Positions 50,091-63,903 of a DNA stretch of 64,000 bases are shown piece after piece. This stretch comes from Octopus vulgaris. Taxonomy: Eukaryota. A program made the translations under genes and the position numbers. The notes beneath the pieces are model-generated. The model had not been told where the DNA came from. It did not search any database and was given only the letters and a program-made list of their open reading frames with translations. Position 1 is the stretch's first letter. Every line of letters begins with the position of its first letter. Location: assembly GCA_951406725.2 (NCBI GenBank), contig OX597818.1, positions 48,918,001 to 48,982,000 on the forward strand. Reading direction: 5' to 3'.

Positions 50091-50510
50091 TATATCTTTA
50101 CTATCCACAAGGGGCTAAACACAGAGAGGACAAACGGGTTAAGTTGATTATATCGACCCCAGTGCATAACTGGTACTTATTTAATCGACCCCGATTGCCA
50201 GCAGCAATTGTGAGATCACAAGGCAAAGTCGACCTCAGTGGAATTTGAATTCAGACCGTAGCGGCAGACGAAATACCTATTTCTTTACTACCCACAATGG
50301 GCTAAACACAGAGAGGACAAACAAGGACAGACAAACGGATTAAGTCGATTGTATTGACCCCAGTGCGTAACTGGTACTTATTTAATAGATCCCGAAAGGA
50401 TGAAAGGCAAAGTCGACCTCGGCAGAATTTGAACTTAGAACATAAAGACAAGATGAAATACCGCTAAGCATTACGCTTGGTGTGCTAACGTTTCTGCCAG
50501 CTTGCCGCCT
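50091..50510 (-). mobile_element. Dimeric SINE A with 14-bp TSD
   Basis: GATGTATTTGTACC at 50077-90 and 50511-24. Confidence 0.85.
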
Positions 50511-52630
50511 GATGTATTTGTACCACTTTGCTTTTATCTGATCACTTATCAAAGGCAGCAACATCTTAAACCACGAGTCTAAGAGATGATATTGTGACTA
50601 AAATGTCATATCACTAACCTTTACCAATTCCTTAGCCAAGCTACTAAAAATATATGTGGCTGCCACTTTTTGAATGAATTATCATCTTCTAAACAAGGTA
50701 ATGTAACTTGGATCAAGTTTTCTTTTTGAATAAAACATTGTTTAGTGAAATACAAATCAAAATTCAAGATAGGATTTTAAAATTTATTTGAATAAAAAAA
50801 ATGTATTTTGAATCAACAAAGATAATTGAAAATTGTTTTGCCATTTAATTTAAATATAAAAAAATAGTTTGAAAGAAAATGTTTGATTTACTTCCAAATT
50901 GTTGTAAATAAGCTTCACTCAGCCAGAAATATACAGACATATTTTCACAATTATTTTTTCAATTTAAAGAAAGAAAAAATATAAGAAAGGTTTCCAAAGT
51001 AGCATATTTCTTTGTTGTTTTAAATATCGCATCTCATTTATTTACTTTTGTAACTATTAAAAAATAGCAACACAAGATGACTCTTTTATATAAAATCTTT
51101 GCAGCGAAGTAAAGATACAACTAAAACCTTTCAACTTACAGTAACTGTGGTTGTGGATTCTGTTCTGTTACCACTTTGAGCAATTTCTCTTTCAATCTCT
51201 GCTGAACACAGACATTTTTGCAGTACAATAACTTTGTTACATATTTCACATCCATTACCTTAGATTTTGCCTTTAATTCTCCCAGCTATCATGTTTGATA
51301 AGTCTTGCATTCTTAAATGCAAATCTATAGTAATCCAAGTTATCATCTTCAACATGGCTCTGAACTATCCCAGTCTAGTTCCATAATCCCACCTCTTCTT
51401 CTCTGAAGGCATCTCATCAGAACAACATATATTTTACACACAAAAAAAAAATAGAAACCCTTCTGACCGACCAATTAATGCCTTCATTGTGTTACCTCCA
51501 GCATTTACCATCATCTGTAAAGAACTTTACACTTTCCATGACACTTTTTTGACTATATTTCTGATGAAATGGAAAAGTTTAATACATTCAGTTGCAGTAG
51601 TGAGGCATTTAGAGTCTAATGTTTTGGGGCCTTTCTCTTTATCTGATGTTTAGGAAAAAGTTATAGGAAAGTAAAATGGATTACACTGACCACGTGTTTC
51701 AGTTAATTTTGAAAATAATCAAGGGATTTGGAAGGATTTAGTAAAATAACTAACTTTTCCATTTCTAAACTACTATTCTGAATATAATAAAAGATTTTCA
51801 TATAAAATTATGATGCAAGGTTTTAATTGAAATATCAACCCCTCAAAATAAATTTTGTATCACAGAATCAGAGGGCCATCATTGCAGGTTTAGTACCAAA
51901 AGGGTTAACTGATCGGCATCAAGAGTTGGTAGAAATAATACATTATTTGGTTAAATGCTTTGTTTTTTTTTTCATAAACTGAAATCTTGCGATGACTGAC
52001 TTGGCCCTTCATTCTATATTTTAGTGAAAATTTTAAAACTGGTAAATATACAGAGTTCAGTAAGATTAGTAATACATCAAGATCAATAAAACTGGTGAGA
52101 CACCAAGTCAACAGAATCATTAATACACTGAGGTGAATAAAATTAATAAAATACAAAGTTAAATTCCATTGGAAATATTCATCAACAGATATTGGCCCTA
52201 ATTCTGCATCAAGCTGATACAGGAAGTATAATACAAGAAAAAAAAGAATGAGGTTTCTCAGATAATTTAGTTAGTAAGAATGGTAGCACCACCTCATAAA
52301 AAAAAGAAAAGGGGAGATGTCTGGATTAATAGTGATACCAAATGATAGTAAAAAATATTGGAAATAACATTAGAAATTCATGATTGACAGTTAATAATTA
52401 AAAGGATCAAATACTACTTACAAAAATAAAGATTGTATAAATATGTAAAGAAACTTTTTTTTTCATTGGATTGGTCTGGAGGAAAGGAAATGTGCCCGTA
52501 GCCCTCACAGGCTCTTTCAGATTAGTGAGGTTGAGCAGTTGATATTTTTTCCTCTTGACAGCTGCAGAAAAAACATATGCAAGGGGACAATTCCAGGAGA
52601 GCAAAGTTCTGAGGAGGAAGGGTATAATGG

Positions 52631-52843
52631 TTAGAGAGGGGCCTGGGGGCTGGACAGTGTGGGTGAGAAGAGGAGAGGTGAGTTAGGTAAAGCTGTTTGA
52701 GTGACAGTAGTTTGAGAGCAGTCAATGCTGCAGAATGAAGTTTGCTGTAGTAGCAGAAGAAAAGCAGTGAGTGGAGGTAAGACGTCTATGGACCAAGGGT
52801 TGTGTGCAGTAGTAGTAGTAGTAGCAGCAGCAGCAGCATTGTC
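52631..52843 (-). CDS. Possible terminal coding exon of an unidentified minus-strand gene
   Basis: ttcatttctcctcatctAG acceptor; 70 open codons (DNAAAAATTTTTAHNPW...SPQAPL*); followed by ~1.8 kb TE-poor sequence and AATAAA near 50785; no homology recognised. Confidence 0.2.
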   Translation of the reverse strand, partial: DNAAAAATTTTTAHNPWSIDVLPPLTAFLLLLQQTSFCSIDCSQTTVTQTALPNSPLLFSPTLSSPQAPL

Positions 52844-53429
52844 CTAGATGAGGAGAAATGAACGAACATATTGCTAGAGAAATGCAAACAATGAAAATGA
52901 ACCAAATAAATTGTGGAGGAGAATAATTAAAGCAAAAGGAGATATTTACAGAGGAAAAAAAAAAATAAAATGATAGGTTCATGTAGTATATAAATTATTG
53001 ATTAAAAAAAAAATTAATCATCAGATAAGAAATTGAAGGTAGATTAGTTTGTAATACGAGATTGTCATCACCGTTTGAAAGTTTTGATTATTTGGTGAGG
53101 TGGAAAGAACTTCTATGATAAGACATCTGTCAAGTTAACAAGGATACCTATTTGTGGTCTCGCATTCTGTTAGACATGGCAGCTAAATTCTCCCCCAAAC
53201 CACACCTTACTATACTAAAAAAAGCAACAAGACATGTTGCATAATGTAGCACTGAATATTCTGGCATTTCAGCCAGTATGCTCAACGATTCAGCCAGATT
53301 GCTACATTAATGTGTGCGGATATTGATCACCAATATATAAATATCAACAGATGAGGTAAGCACCAATGAGAAAAAACAAGAAATTAGTGCCTCTGAACTA
53401 TAAAACTCTGTAGCATTTGTTCCACCTAA

Positions 53430-54030
53430 ATGCTACAGATACACAAATACTCCTTTGTCATCATGCTCACCGTTTTTAAATACCTATGAACCAGTGATTC
53501 TCCCTCTGGAAACTGGAAGCCGTTCAGCAACGTGCAACCAAGAGAATACTCCATCAGGTATTTGCCATATTCTAAATGCCTTATTTCCCTGGGCATGGAT
53601 ACATTGAAACTCCGACATCTGGCAGCTGACTTGGCAGACACCCATAAAATTATTAACCATCTTACAAACAATAACTCTGAGCACCTTTTCAAACTCCACC
53701 TGTCTAACACCCGTGGACATGTTTACAAAGTCAGAAAACAGCATAGCTCCCATGACTTTCGGAAACGTTTTTCACACTAAGAGTTGCTGAAGCATGGAAC
53801 AAACTGCTGGCATCAGTTGTTAGTTGTCAGAGCACTGCATCCTTCAAAACTTCCATGCTTCCTGAGATTCGTCAACACTACACCTGATTTTCTCCCCTCC
53901 ATACACATGCAAGCATGTATCTGACTCATACACTGTTCACTTCCCAGACATTTGTACATTACTGCATATACTTTATATGCACTTTTGACAAGTTGTGGTG
54001 CACCTGAGCACTGTATGCAATAATTTCATT
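53430..54030 (+). mobile_element. CR1-clade LINE 3' end
   Basis: LGMDTLKLRHLAADL...TRGHVYKVRKQHSSHDFRK, then RVAEAWNKL. Confidence 0.85.
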
Positions 54031-55019
54031 ACTGCCACATCTGACTGGCCTGGTGCAGCCTTCGGGCTTCCCAGACCCCAGTTGAACCGTCCAACCCATG
54101 CTAGCATGGAAAGCGGACGTTAAACGATGATGATGATGATGATGATGATGATATTATTATTAAACCTCCTAAACATTTATAAAATAAAATACTAAAAAAT
54201 GCAAGCAAGTTATTACAGAGGGGGAGGTATATTCTCCATGACACAGTGAGTAGCTTGTTCCCCAATTTGAACCTGCATCAAGCATATTTGGACATTACAA
54301 TTTTACTCAGTTATGTTCACTTCTTTTGTCTGGCAGACACAAAATAAGATAATAGAAATTTTTATTTCTATTTTTTTTAAAGCATTCACTTCTTACAAGG
54401 TCCTTAGACCACTGAAAACGTAAGTGCTACAAGAATAAAATGGACGTTTGACAGAAGTCAATAGGTGACGATGTACATTAGACTTAAAAGACTGGAGGTC
54501 ATATTGGAGAGGAACACAAGACTGTGGAAAGGAATTCCAAAGTTCAGAGGTGCGAGGGAAGAAATCCTGATGTTATCTCAATAGATAAACTGATCAGTCC
54601 TTTTTATTCTTTTACTTGTTTCAGTTATTTGACTGTGGCCATGCTGGAGCACTACCTTGAAAAAAAATAGGTTGTTCTAAAGTAGAGAGCAATGCCATGC
54701 CCATGTGTGTTAGAAAGATCGATTGATCTCTTCTGTCCATGTGAAGGGATGTGCGAACCGCCACTCCATTTTCGCAACTCAGATATTTTCATATGGAACA
54801 GACAGAAAATATTTCTTATATCCTGTGACTTCACATGCCTTTGAAGTAAAAACAAAAACATCAAAAAAATTTTTAGTCCCCCAAATCCAGTTGTTGCTGT
54901 TGAGTTCTATGTTGGCCTTTACTAGGCATACAAATGACCGAAAATATTACAAACTGACTTTCCCATCTAATTTTTTCAACCTGGACAGATCCAGCCTCTC
55001 ACATATACCCAATGATGAT

Positions 55020-55390
55020 GATCATCATCATTACTAGCATGGGCTGGAAGGTTCGACTGGGGTCTGGGAAGCCAGGAGGCTGCACCAGGCTCTAATCTGA
55101 TCTGGCAGTGCTTCTACAGCTGGATGCCCTTCCTAACACCAACCACTCCAGGAGTGTAGTGGGTGCTTTTTATGTGCCAGGGGAGGCTGGCAATGTCCAC
55201 GATCGGTTGGTACTTTTTACATGCCACCGGCACGGAAGCCAGTCAAGGCGGCGCTGGCATCGGCCACGTTCGGATGGTGCTTTTTACGTGCCACCGGCAC
55301 AGGTATCACAACTACAATTTCCATTTGATTTTTATTTGATGTTGATGTACTTGACTCAATAGGTCTCCTCAAGCACAGCAGGTCACCCCC
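55020..55390 (-). mobile_element. RTE LINE 3' tail
   Basis: RTE 3' UTR modules. Confidence 0.8.
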
Positions 55391-55839
55391 GTAGTTTCAA
55401 AAATAAACAAGCACATAAGTGTAGGTGTGGCTGTGTGGTAAGAAGCTTGCTTCCCAACCACATGGTTCTGGGCTCAGTCCCACTGTGTGGCTCCTTGGGC
55501 AAGTGTTTCTTTTACTATAGCCTTGGGCTGAGCAGGGCCTTGTGAGTGGATTTGGTAGACAAAAACTGAAAGAAGCCTATCATATATATGTGTGCGTGTG
55601 TATTTGTGTTTGTTCCCCACCATCACTTGACAACTGGTGTTTATGTTCTCGTAACTTAGCAGTTTGCCAAGAGAAACTGATAGAATAAGCACCGGGCTTT
55701 TAGAAAAAAGTGCTGGGGTTGATTCATATGACTAAAAATTCAAGGCATGGCCACAATCTGAAACAAGTAAAAGATAAAAAAAGATAAACAAAGACATCTT
55801 GAAGATGAGATAATGCATGGTTAATTAAAATCAATAAGA

Positions 55840-56208
55840 AACAAGAGTACTCAGAGAGCACAAACTTCTGCCAAGACAACACCAGCATCTTCTCAACGAT
55901 TAGCCAGAGATGATTATTAAAATGAGAATATCTGAAATAAACTCAACTGCTCTCACAAACAAGAATACCAAAAATGAACCTGACCACTCTCAAAAATTAA
56001 GTAAAAAAACAGGAAAAATAATCCAGAATCCTTGTCCGGTACTAGATTGATCCCAAAATCTAATCAGTTTGTGCCAGTCACGAGGTCAGACATCCCTGAA
56101 AGTTTCATCCGAATCCATACAGCTGTTCTTGAGATATCTTGTCCATAGACAAACAAACAAACATGACTGAAAACAATACCTCCACCTTCACTAAGGCAGA
56201 GGTAATAA
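55840..56208 (-). mobile_element. HINE-like element, full length
   Basis: AACAAGAGTACTCAGAGAGCAC stem-loop at one end; ACCTCCACCTT-CACT-AAGGCAGAGGTAATAA at the other. Confidence 0.7.
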
Positions 56209-56254
56209 ATAAGCTTTACATTTGACAGAGAATCTGAATGTAAAGAGTTAAAAA

Positions 56255-56765
56255 TGCTGGGGTGTGGTTTGAAGGCGATTTGACTGCTATGTCTAGCAGA
56301 TCAAGCGACTATGCAGTGGTCAGTCCAATCTGTAATTTCTTTTCCATATAAAAAGATATTATTAATGGAAATCACCCCATCTATGTTTTTTAAAGACGGT
56401 AGGTGTAGTTTGAAGTCTATTTAGCTGCTATTTCTAGCAGAGCGAGTGGCTATGTAAATGGTCAGTCCAATTACCCTATAAAAAAACATGGTGGCCATGA
56501 CCATCACATCTATTTTTACTATTTTTATTTTGAAAATAATAGGATACAGTTTGAAGAAGATTTGGCTGCTATTTCTGGCTAATTGAGTAGCCATGTATGG
56601 TCAAGTAATCCAATCTATAGCCTCTTTTCTATACAAAAACCAAAACAATAACACTATATGAGCTACGACCGTCCCATCTATTTGTTTTTTTAAAGCTGGC
56701 AGGGTGTAGTGTGAAGGAGATTTGGCTGCTATTTCTAGCAGATCGAGCGACCATGTAAGGAGTCT
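56255..56765 (+). repeat. Four diverged ~145-bp tandem units
   Basis: TTTGAAG..GATTTGGCTGCTATTTCTAGCAG..GCGACCATGTA core at ~56268, 56409, 56550 and 56712. Confidence 0.8.
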
Positions 56766-58008
56766 TAGTAAAAAATAAAACTACAAAATATTACAAAAGC
56801 ACACACATCTGAAGAAATTGTCTTACACTTGATTTAAAATAAAACTAGTTAATTTTGTTTTGATGATCCAATTAGTCCCTTCTCCCATTTCACATATATT
56901 TTGGTAATCTTAGATTATTCCCCAAAACTTTATACACAGCACAGGCAAGAATGTGTGATTAAGGAGTTTGCTTTGCAACTTCGTGGTTTCAGGTTCAGTC
57001 CCACTGCCAATGCAACACTTTGGGCAAATGTCTTCTATTACATCATTGGACTGACCAATGAATTTTGGTAGATAGGCGCAGGAGTGGCTGTGTGATCAAA
57101 GACATTCCAAGATATAATCATCTTGATAAGATTAGGAAATTATTCATAATTATAGGCGTAGGAGTGGCTGTGTGGCAGCAGCTTGCTTACCAACCACATG
57201 GTTCCGGGTTCAGTCCCACTGCATGGCACCTTGGGCAAGTGTCTTCTACTATAGCCTCGGGCCGACCAAAGCCTTGTGAGCGGATTTGGTAGACGGAAAC
57301 TGAAAGAAGCCCATCGTATATATGTATATATATATGTATGTGTGTATATATATGTTTGTGTTTGTCCCCCCAACATTGCTTGACAACTGGTGTGTCTACG
57401 TCCCTGTAGCTTAGCGGTTTAGCAAAACAGACCTATAGAATAAGTACTAGGCTTACAAAGAATAAGTCCTGGGGTCGATTTGCTCAACTAAAGGCAGTGC
57501 TCCAGCATGGCCACAGTCAAATGATTGAAACAAGTAAAAGAGATGGTAACTGTGGATGTAGGTCTACAATATGTGTTGAGCGTGTCAGATAATATAATAG
57601 TGAACTTATTATATACAGGGCTCAGGTGCACTACAACTCATTAGAAAAAGTAGCCAAAAGTGCAAGAGTAGCAAATAGAATAAAGCACAGGAAGTGAATA
57701 GTGAATGAGTTGTTTAAAACAAAAGAAGAGGGGACATCAGGTGTACTGTTGGTGGATTTCAGGAAGTTTTGAAGGATGTAAGGTCCTGACAGCTAACAAC
57801 TGATGCGAGTAGTTTATTCCATGCTTCAGCAATTCTGGACATGCATAGGAGTAGCTATATGGTAAGTAGCTTGCTTACCAACCACATGGTTCCAGGTTCA
57901 GTCCCACTGCGTAGCACCTTGGGCAAGTGTCTACTACTGTAGCCTCGGGCCGACCAAAGCCTTGTGAGTGGATTTGGTAGACGGAAACTGAAAGAAGCCT
58001 GTCGTATA

Positions 58009-58039
<31 letters not shown>

Positions 58040-59397
58040 ATATATATATAATAAGTACTAGGCTCGCAAAGAATAAGTCCTGGGGTCGATTTGCTCAACT
58101 AAAGGCAGTGCTCCAGCATGGCCACAGTCAAATGACTGAAACAAGTAAAGAGAGTATGCAAAAAATGTTTCCGAAAGTATATTTGTGTTTGTCCCCCACC
58201 ACTACTTGACAACCAGTGTTGGTGTGTTTACATCCCCGAAACTTAGCCGTTTGTCAAAAGGGGACTGACAGAATAAATAACTTGGGTTGATTTGTTCAAC
58301 TAAATCTTTCAAGGCAGTGCTCCAGTATGGCTGCATTCAGATGACTGAATCAAGTGACAGATAAAAGAGATTATCAAAGTTTCAGATTTAATTGACAGGA
58401 GTAGCTGTGTGGTAAGTAGCTTGCTTACCAACCACATAGTTCTGGGTTCAGTCCCACTGCGTGGTATCTTGGGCAAGTGTCTTCTGCTAGCCTCAGGTCG
58501 ACCAAAGCCCTGTGAGGGGATTTGGTAGATGGAAACTGAAAGAAGCCCATTGTATATTTGTATATATATATGTATATATATATGTGTGTATATGTTTGTG
58601 CATCTATGTTTGTCCCCCCGGCATCGCTTGACAACCGATGCTAGTGTGTTTACGTCCCCATAACTTAGCGGTTCGGCAAAAGAAACCGATTGAATAAGTA
58701 CTAGGTTTGCAAAGAATAAGTCCTGGGGTCAAATTGCTCGACTAAAGGCGGTGCTCTAGCATGGCCACAGTCAAATGACTGAAACAAGTAAAATAGTAAA
58801 GGAGTAATCATCTCAATGACTTGCATATTTATTCTTAATGAATATACTAGTTACAGCTGTGTTTTGTCACAGTGATTAGCATATTCATGTTCAAATCTAC
58901 CGGAATGCATTAAGAAGAGATATGCAAGTCATCATTTTCGCTCCCGCTGTTCATTATGCATATGACAATTTATTATCAATAATCTATTGCACAGTATAGT
59001 ACGAAAAATAAGCCAAGTGGATTGAGCTTTGCGAAATGAGGGATAAAATGTATCTACCTCAATCGTTTTGAAAATTATTAGAGAAATACTGGAAAAATTA
59101 TTCCTCTCACACACATTAATTTGCTGTATATTGGCTAGGCAGATGTATTTTTTTATACAGACTATGCAAGAAGTACAATGAATGATGTGATCATGGTTTG
59201 AATCCTGGTGGAAACACGGCTCGTTTTTGTTTAATTGAGTGATAGATCAGGAAAATCAGGAAAATCAGCAACCAACATTTCAAAGCTAAAAAAAAAAGGA
59301 AAAAAAATTAATGATTAATTAGGATATTGTTTGAGAAATCATTAAACATTTCAAATTTTGGCACAAGGCCAGCAATTTTAGGAGTAGATTACGTTAA

Positions 59398-59618
59398 CCC
59401 TTTAGTGTTCAGATTAATCTGATAAATGTAATACTTTTTTCACTCAAATCATTTAAAATTAATCATACGTTATCTTACAGCTTTGAAGTTTCAATGGTGT
59501 GATAGTTTATTCATAGAATGTCAATGTAGGTTAGGTGTGAGAGGCTAGATATGGCCAGTTTGAATGTAAAACATGTAGAATATTTGGGTCGGATATGGCC
59601 GGCTTAAACACCAAAGAG
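59398..59618. mobile_element. piggyBac-like MITE
   Basis: TTAA|CCCTTTAG...AAAGAG|TTAA. Confidence 0.7.
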
Positions 59619-59884
59619 TTAAACACACATGCCAAAACTGATCTTGCCTGAGCTGGTGCCATGTAAAAAGCACTCAACCCACTGTGGGGTGGTTGGTGTT
59701 AGGAAGGGCATCCAGCCATAAAAACTGTGCCAAGACAGACACAGAAGTATGGTGCAGGCTTCTACCTTGGCCAGCTTCTATCAAACTGTCTAACCCATGC
59801 CAGTATAGAAGGAGGACGTTAAATGAGGATGATGATGAGGATGATGATGATGAAAGGCAAATTTGACCCCAAATTTGACAAACA

Positions 59885-60205
59885 CACATACATATGATGG
59901 GCATCTTTAAGTTTCTGTCTAGCAGATCCACTCACAAGGCTGTGGTTGGCCCAAAGCTATAGAAGAAGACTCTTGCCCAAGGTGCCACACTGAACTTGGA
60001 ACTATGTGGTTGGGAAGCAAACTTCTTATTTCTTTACTGCCCACAAGGGGCTACACACAGAGGGGACAAAGGCAAAGTCGACCTCGGTGGAATTTGAACT
60101 CAGAACCTAACGGCAGATGAAATACTGCTAAGCATTTCGTCCGGTGTGCTAACCATTCTGCCAGCTCACTGCCTTTGGGAAGTGAACTTCTTACCATACA
60201 ACCAC
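59885..60205 (-). mobile_element. SINE B with nested SINE A
   Basis: TGGGAAG(CA/TG)AACTTCTTA duplicated around the SINE A. Confidence 0.75.
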
Positions 60206-63200
60206 AGTATAGTTAAAACTGTATTCCAAAGCCTTCAGGTCCACAAAATACTTCACCTTTGACTCTCTTCTGAGTTCCTTCAATAACAGCTGTCTTAAGT
60301 CTCTCATGGGTCCTTGGACTCCTAAGGCCAGAGTTTAACTCAAATTTCCATGGTGTAAGTCTGAGATGAAACTAAATCCTGAATGGGATGCAAGTCTGTC
60401 ATAGTGTCAATTTCCTAGTTATTACTGGAACTTATTTCCAGCTGAGTGGACTAAAGCAACATGAAATGAAGAGTTTTAGTCAAGAACTCAATGTACCACC
60501 TGGTCCAGGAATGAGAACCATGAATAAACAACTCTGTGCAACACCGAAACTACTAGATCCTGTATCTTCACAAGAGCTGTTTTGGACCCTGACAAACTGT
60601 CCATCACATGCAGGCATGATAAGTGAACCAATCATCACTAGGTCTACCTACTCAATCCACCCAATTATCATTAGCACTTTGTCCCTCATTCTCCTTCATA
60701 CAAATGTCTGACATTCTTCCCCTTCTCTTCTCTTTTGATTTTTCCATTACTACATCCCAACATTGCTACCAGTTATTCTCTCCACAACCATCCTCTAACA
60801 ACAATAAATTTGTTCCATTCATTATGGGGCTCTCTTTTCCTTTGTGAACTACCAGAACACTCTGTAAGTGGTTGGTATTCAATTTGAGCAGTGACAATGA
60901 AGGACTCGAGAGGGATCTTTAGTCCAGTTGATGACAGATCAACCTCTATAATGTTGTTGCCATGTAAAAACATACACCCAGTACCCTCTGTAACGGGACT
61001 GGTCTTAAGAAGGGCATTCAGCTGTAAAAACCATGTCAAAATTGAGACATTAGAGCAAGATACAGCCCTCAGACCTGTTGGATCCTGTCAAACCATCCAA
61101 TCCATGTCAGTATGGAAAATGAATGCAAAATGATGATGGAGATGAATAATGCTGCTACAACTGCAATGGTACAGCTGCAACATACATATTGATTGGCAAA
61201 AACTCTTCACCAACACATGGACGCATTGTCTCCTCACTATACAACAGCCACCTCTGCTTGTTTGAATGGCTGCATACCTATTTCTTTACTACCCACAAAG
61301 GGCTAAACACAGAGAGGACAAACGGATTAAGTCGATTACATCGACCCCGAAAGGATGAAAGGCAAAGTCGACCTCGGCAGAATTTGAACTCAGAATGTAG
61401 CAACAGACAAAATACCACTAAGCATTTCGCCCGGCGTGCTAACATTTCTACCAGCTTGCCGCCTTGCACACCACTCTCATCCATCCCATCTCCTGTCATC
61501 ACCCACACTATGTCACATACCTGAAGGCCTGCATTTATCACTTGCCCAATAGCTTCCTCCCCTAGAGCATCAGTTTTCTGGAATTCCCTTCTTATATCCA
61601 AATTTTTCAACTTATAGATGTTAAGGGCATTGATTCTTCTTTTTCATCATTATCACCATCATTGTCATCATCATACATGCCTTTTCCATGCTGGCATGGA
61701 TTGGACAGTTAGACAGGGCAGGCTCCAGTGTTAGCTTTGGTATGGTTTCTACTGCTTGATGCCCTTCTTAGTACCAACCATTTTACAGTGTGTACTGGTT
61801 GCTTTTTTTGTGTAACACTGGTACTAGAAAAGTCAACTTGCAAGACAAAGAAAGAAAAGGAAGAGGAAAAACACCTCTTCAATTGAATCAATGTATTTGA
61901 GAGAAGGAGAGGTGGCTTAATGCCAGGTGTTGAAAGCTAAAGTATGAGAGAAGGATGAGCACAGGTGCCTTCTCATAGAGAAGATACATGGCTACACAGC
62001 ATTATATGAAGGTGGGTGAGAGTAGCCAGAAGAGAGATAAAGATGATGGTGACAGGATCCTAGGGCATACTCTCAAGGTGAGCATAAGGGAAATGCAAAC
62101 TGTGGATCATGAGTGAAGAAAAGTATAAACAAAAAGAAATGTGTAAAGGACGGTAATAGTTGTAGGAGTAAATAATATCAGTAAAAGTTTTCAACATCTT
62201 GGATTTGAATCCACAATAGGCAAAATGATTTCTGAAGTAAGCACGAGGTCATAAATTTAGACTGAGGGTTAATTGATTAAATTAATACTTGATTGATATT
62301 TATATCAACCCCATAAGGATTTTACCACAGAATGTGGTCAAATGAGCTTAGGTGTGGCTGTATGGTTAAGAAAATTGCTTTACAACCATGTAGTCTCAGT
62401 TTAAGTCCTACTTTTTGCTAGAGACGTGGGCTGGAGTGGCTGTGTGGTAAGTAGCTTGCTTACCAACCACATGGTTCCGGGTTCAGTACCACTGCATGGC
62501 ACCTTGGGCAAGTGTCTTTTGCTAGAGACCTGGGCTGATCAAAGCCTTCTAACCAGATTCAACATACGAAAACTGAAAAAAATCTTCCATAGATCTGTGA
62601 GTGTGCCCCTGTCTGAATACCAGATGATGGTCCACATTGAAGGGCATCCAGCTGTAAAAATCCTGCCAAAACTGACCTCGTCTGTGCTGGTGCCACTTAA
62701 AAAGCACTCAGTCCATTCTGCAGAGTGGTCAGTGTTAGGAAGGGCATCCAGCCATAAAAACTATGCCAAAACAGACACAGAAGCTTGGTGCAGTCTTCTG
62801 CTCAGCCAGCTCTTGTCAAACTGTCCAACCCATGCCAGCATGGAAAAGAGACACTAAATGACGATGATGATGATGATGATGATGGTTGTAAACAAGGATT
62901 GTTGCCATTCAACTGAGGTTGTTCGTTTCCAGTCTTCAGTGAAAAACATGTCTGACCATGGGGAAACATTACCATGGAAACAAGTGAGGATTGATGACAG
63001 GAAGGGCATCCAGCTGTAAAAAACCTGCCTCAACAAATTGTATGCCACCCATTTAAGATTGGTAAAGCAGATTCTAAATGATGGTGATGATGAATGTCAT
63101 CACCATCATGTAAAGAAACTAAATGCTAAAACCCATTTTGGTGCATTACCAATTCTGTTACTTTGCTATTTACTCAGAAATAATTATAAGACTATAAGAC

Positions 63201-63257
63201 ATCTCTAGTAACAAGTACGACATGAAATTAAAAATAGATTAAAAAAGAACAACTTAC

Positions 63258-63373
63258 GCATTATGAAGTAATTTATTATCATTGATGAGTTCCAGTGAAT
63301 TTGTGGTTGATGAAAATGAAGGAGTACATTCTTGTACTGGTGAACGCATACTCTGTTGTTCATCTTTGGGTGC
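63258..63373 (-). CDS. Candidate internal exon of an unidentified minus-strand gene
   Basis: tttttatatttttttAG acceptor and GTAAGT donor; 116 nt of unique sequence; open frame APKDEQQSMRSPVQECTPSFSSTTNSLELINDNKLLHNA (a second frame is also open). Confidence 0.55.
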
Positions 63374-63468
63374 CTAAAAAAATATAAAAACAATATTAAA
63401 AACACTTAAAAAAATTGCTTGAAGCATGTTATAATTTTTGAAAGAGTGTTTTATATATACATACATAT

Positions 63469-63505
<37 letters not shown>

Positions 63506-63556
63506 CACACACACATACACACAGATATATATATACACGTGTGTGTGTGTGTACAT

Positions 63557-63756
63557 CAGTGGTTTTCAACCGGGGTTCCGCCAGTACAGTCCAGGGGTTC
63601 CGCAAGAAGTTACAAAACTGCTAAAATCGGCAGTAATTTTTAATTCTCCTGTGCAGAATGTGAACATAAAACTATTAAATTACTGCACAGGGGTTCCTCG
63701 AACCAGTGGTATGTTTCCTTGGGGTTCCGCTCCAGCAAAAAGTTTGAAAAGCACTG
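63557..63756. mobile_element. hAT-type MITE
   Basis: CAGTGGTTTTCAA / TTGAAAAGCACTG TIRs; internal GGGGTTCC repeats; decayed 8-bp TSD. Confidence 0.8.
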
Positions 63757-63773
63757 GCATATATATATATATA

Positions 63774-63903
63774 CTGTTGTGTTTGGGGAGAGTCATTTTC
63801 ATTTTGTGCCTTATAATTTAACACACTCACCAGTAAAATTTTACTGGTGAGTGTGTTAAATTATAAGGCACAAAATGAAAATGACTCTCCCCAAACACAA
63901 CAG
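63774..63903. repeat. Perfect 130-bp spacerless palindrome
   Basis: 65/65 complementary pairs around AAAA|TTTT at 63838/63839. Confidence 0.95.

Larger units (their letters stand above)
55420..58805 (+). mobile_element. Cluster of same-strand SINE B copies (55420, 56940, 57154, 57846, 58396)
   Basis: Repeated GGAGTGGCTGTGTGGTAAG head and GACTGAAACAAGTAAAAG tail. Confidence 0.85.

Noticed and set aside
51115-51265. Short minus-strand ORF with a CEIC motif
   Set aside because: No convincing acceptor and no domain recognised
54652-54864. Minus-strand exon candidate
   Set aside because: Weak AAG acceptor, runs into a SINE tail, no recognisable homology
56255-56765. CRISPR-like repeat-spacer pattern (also 37780-38045 and 23740-24140)
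   Set aside because: Eukaryotic context; repeats are diverged, the spacers resemble one another, and there are no cas genes
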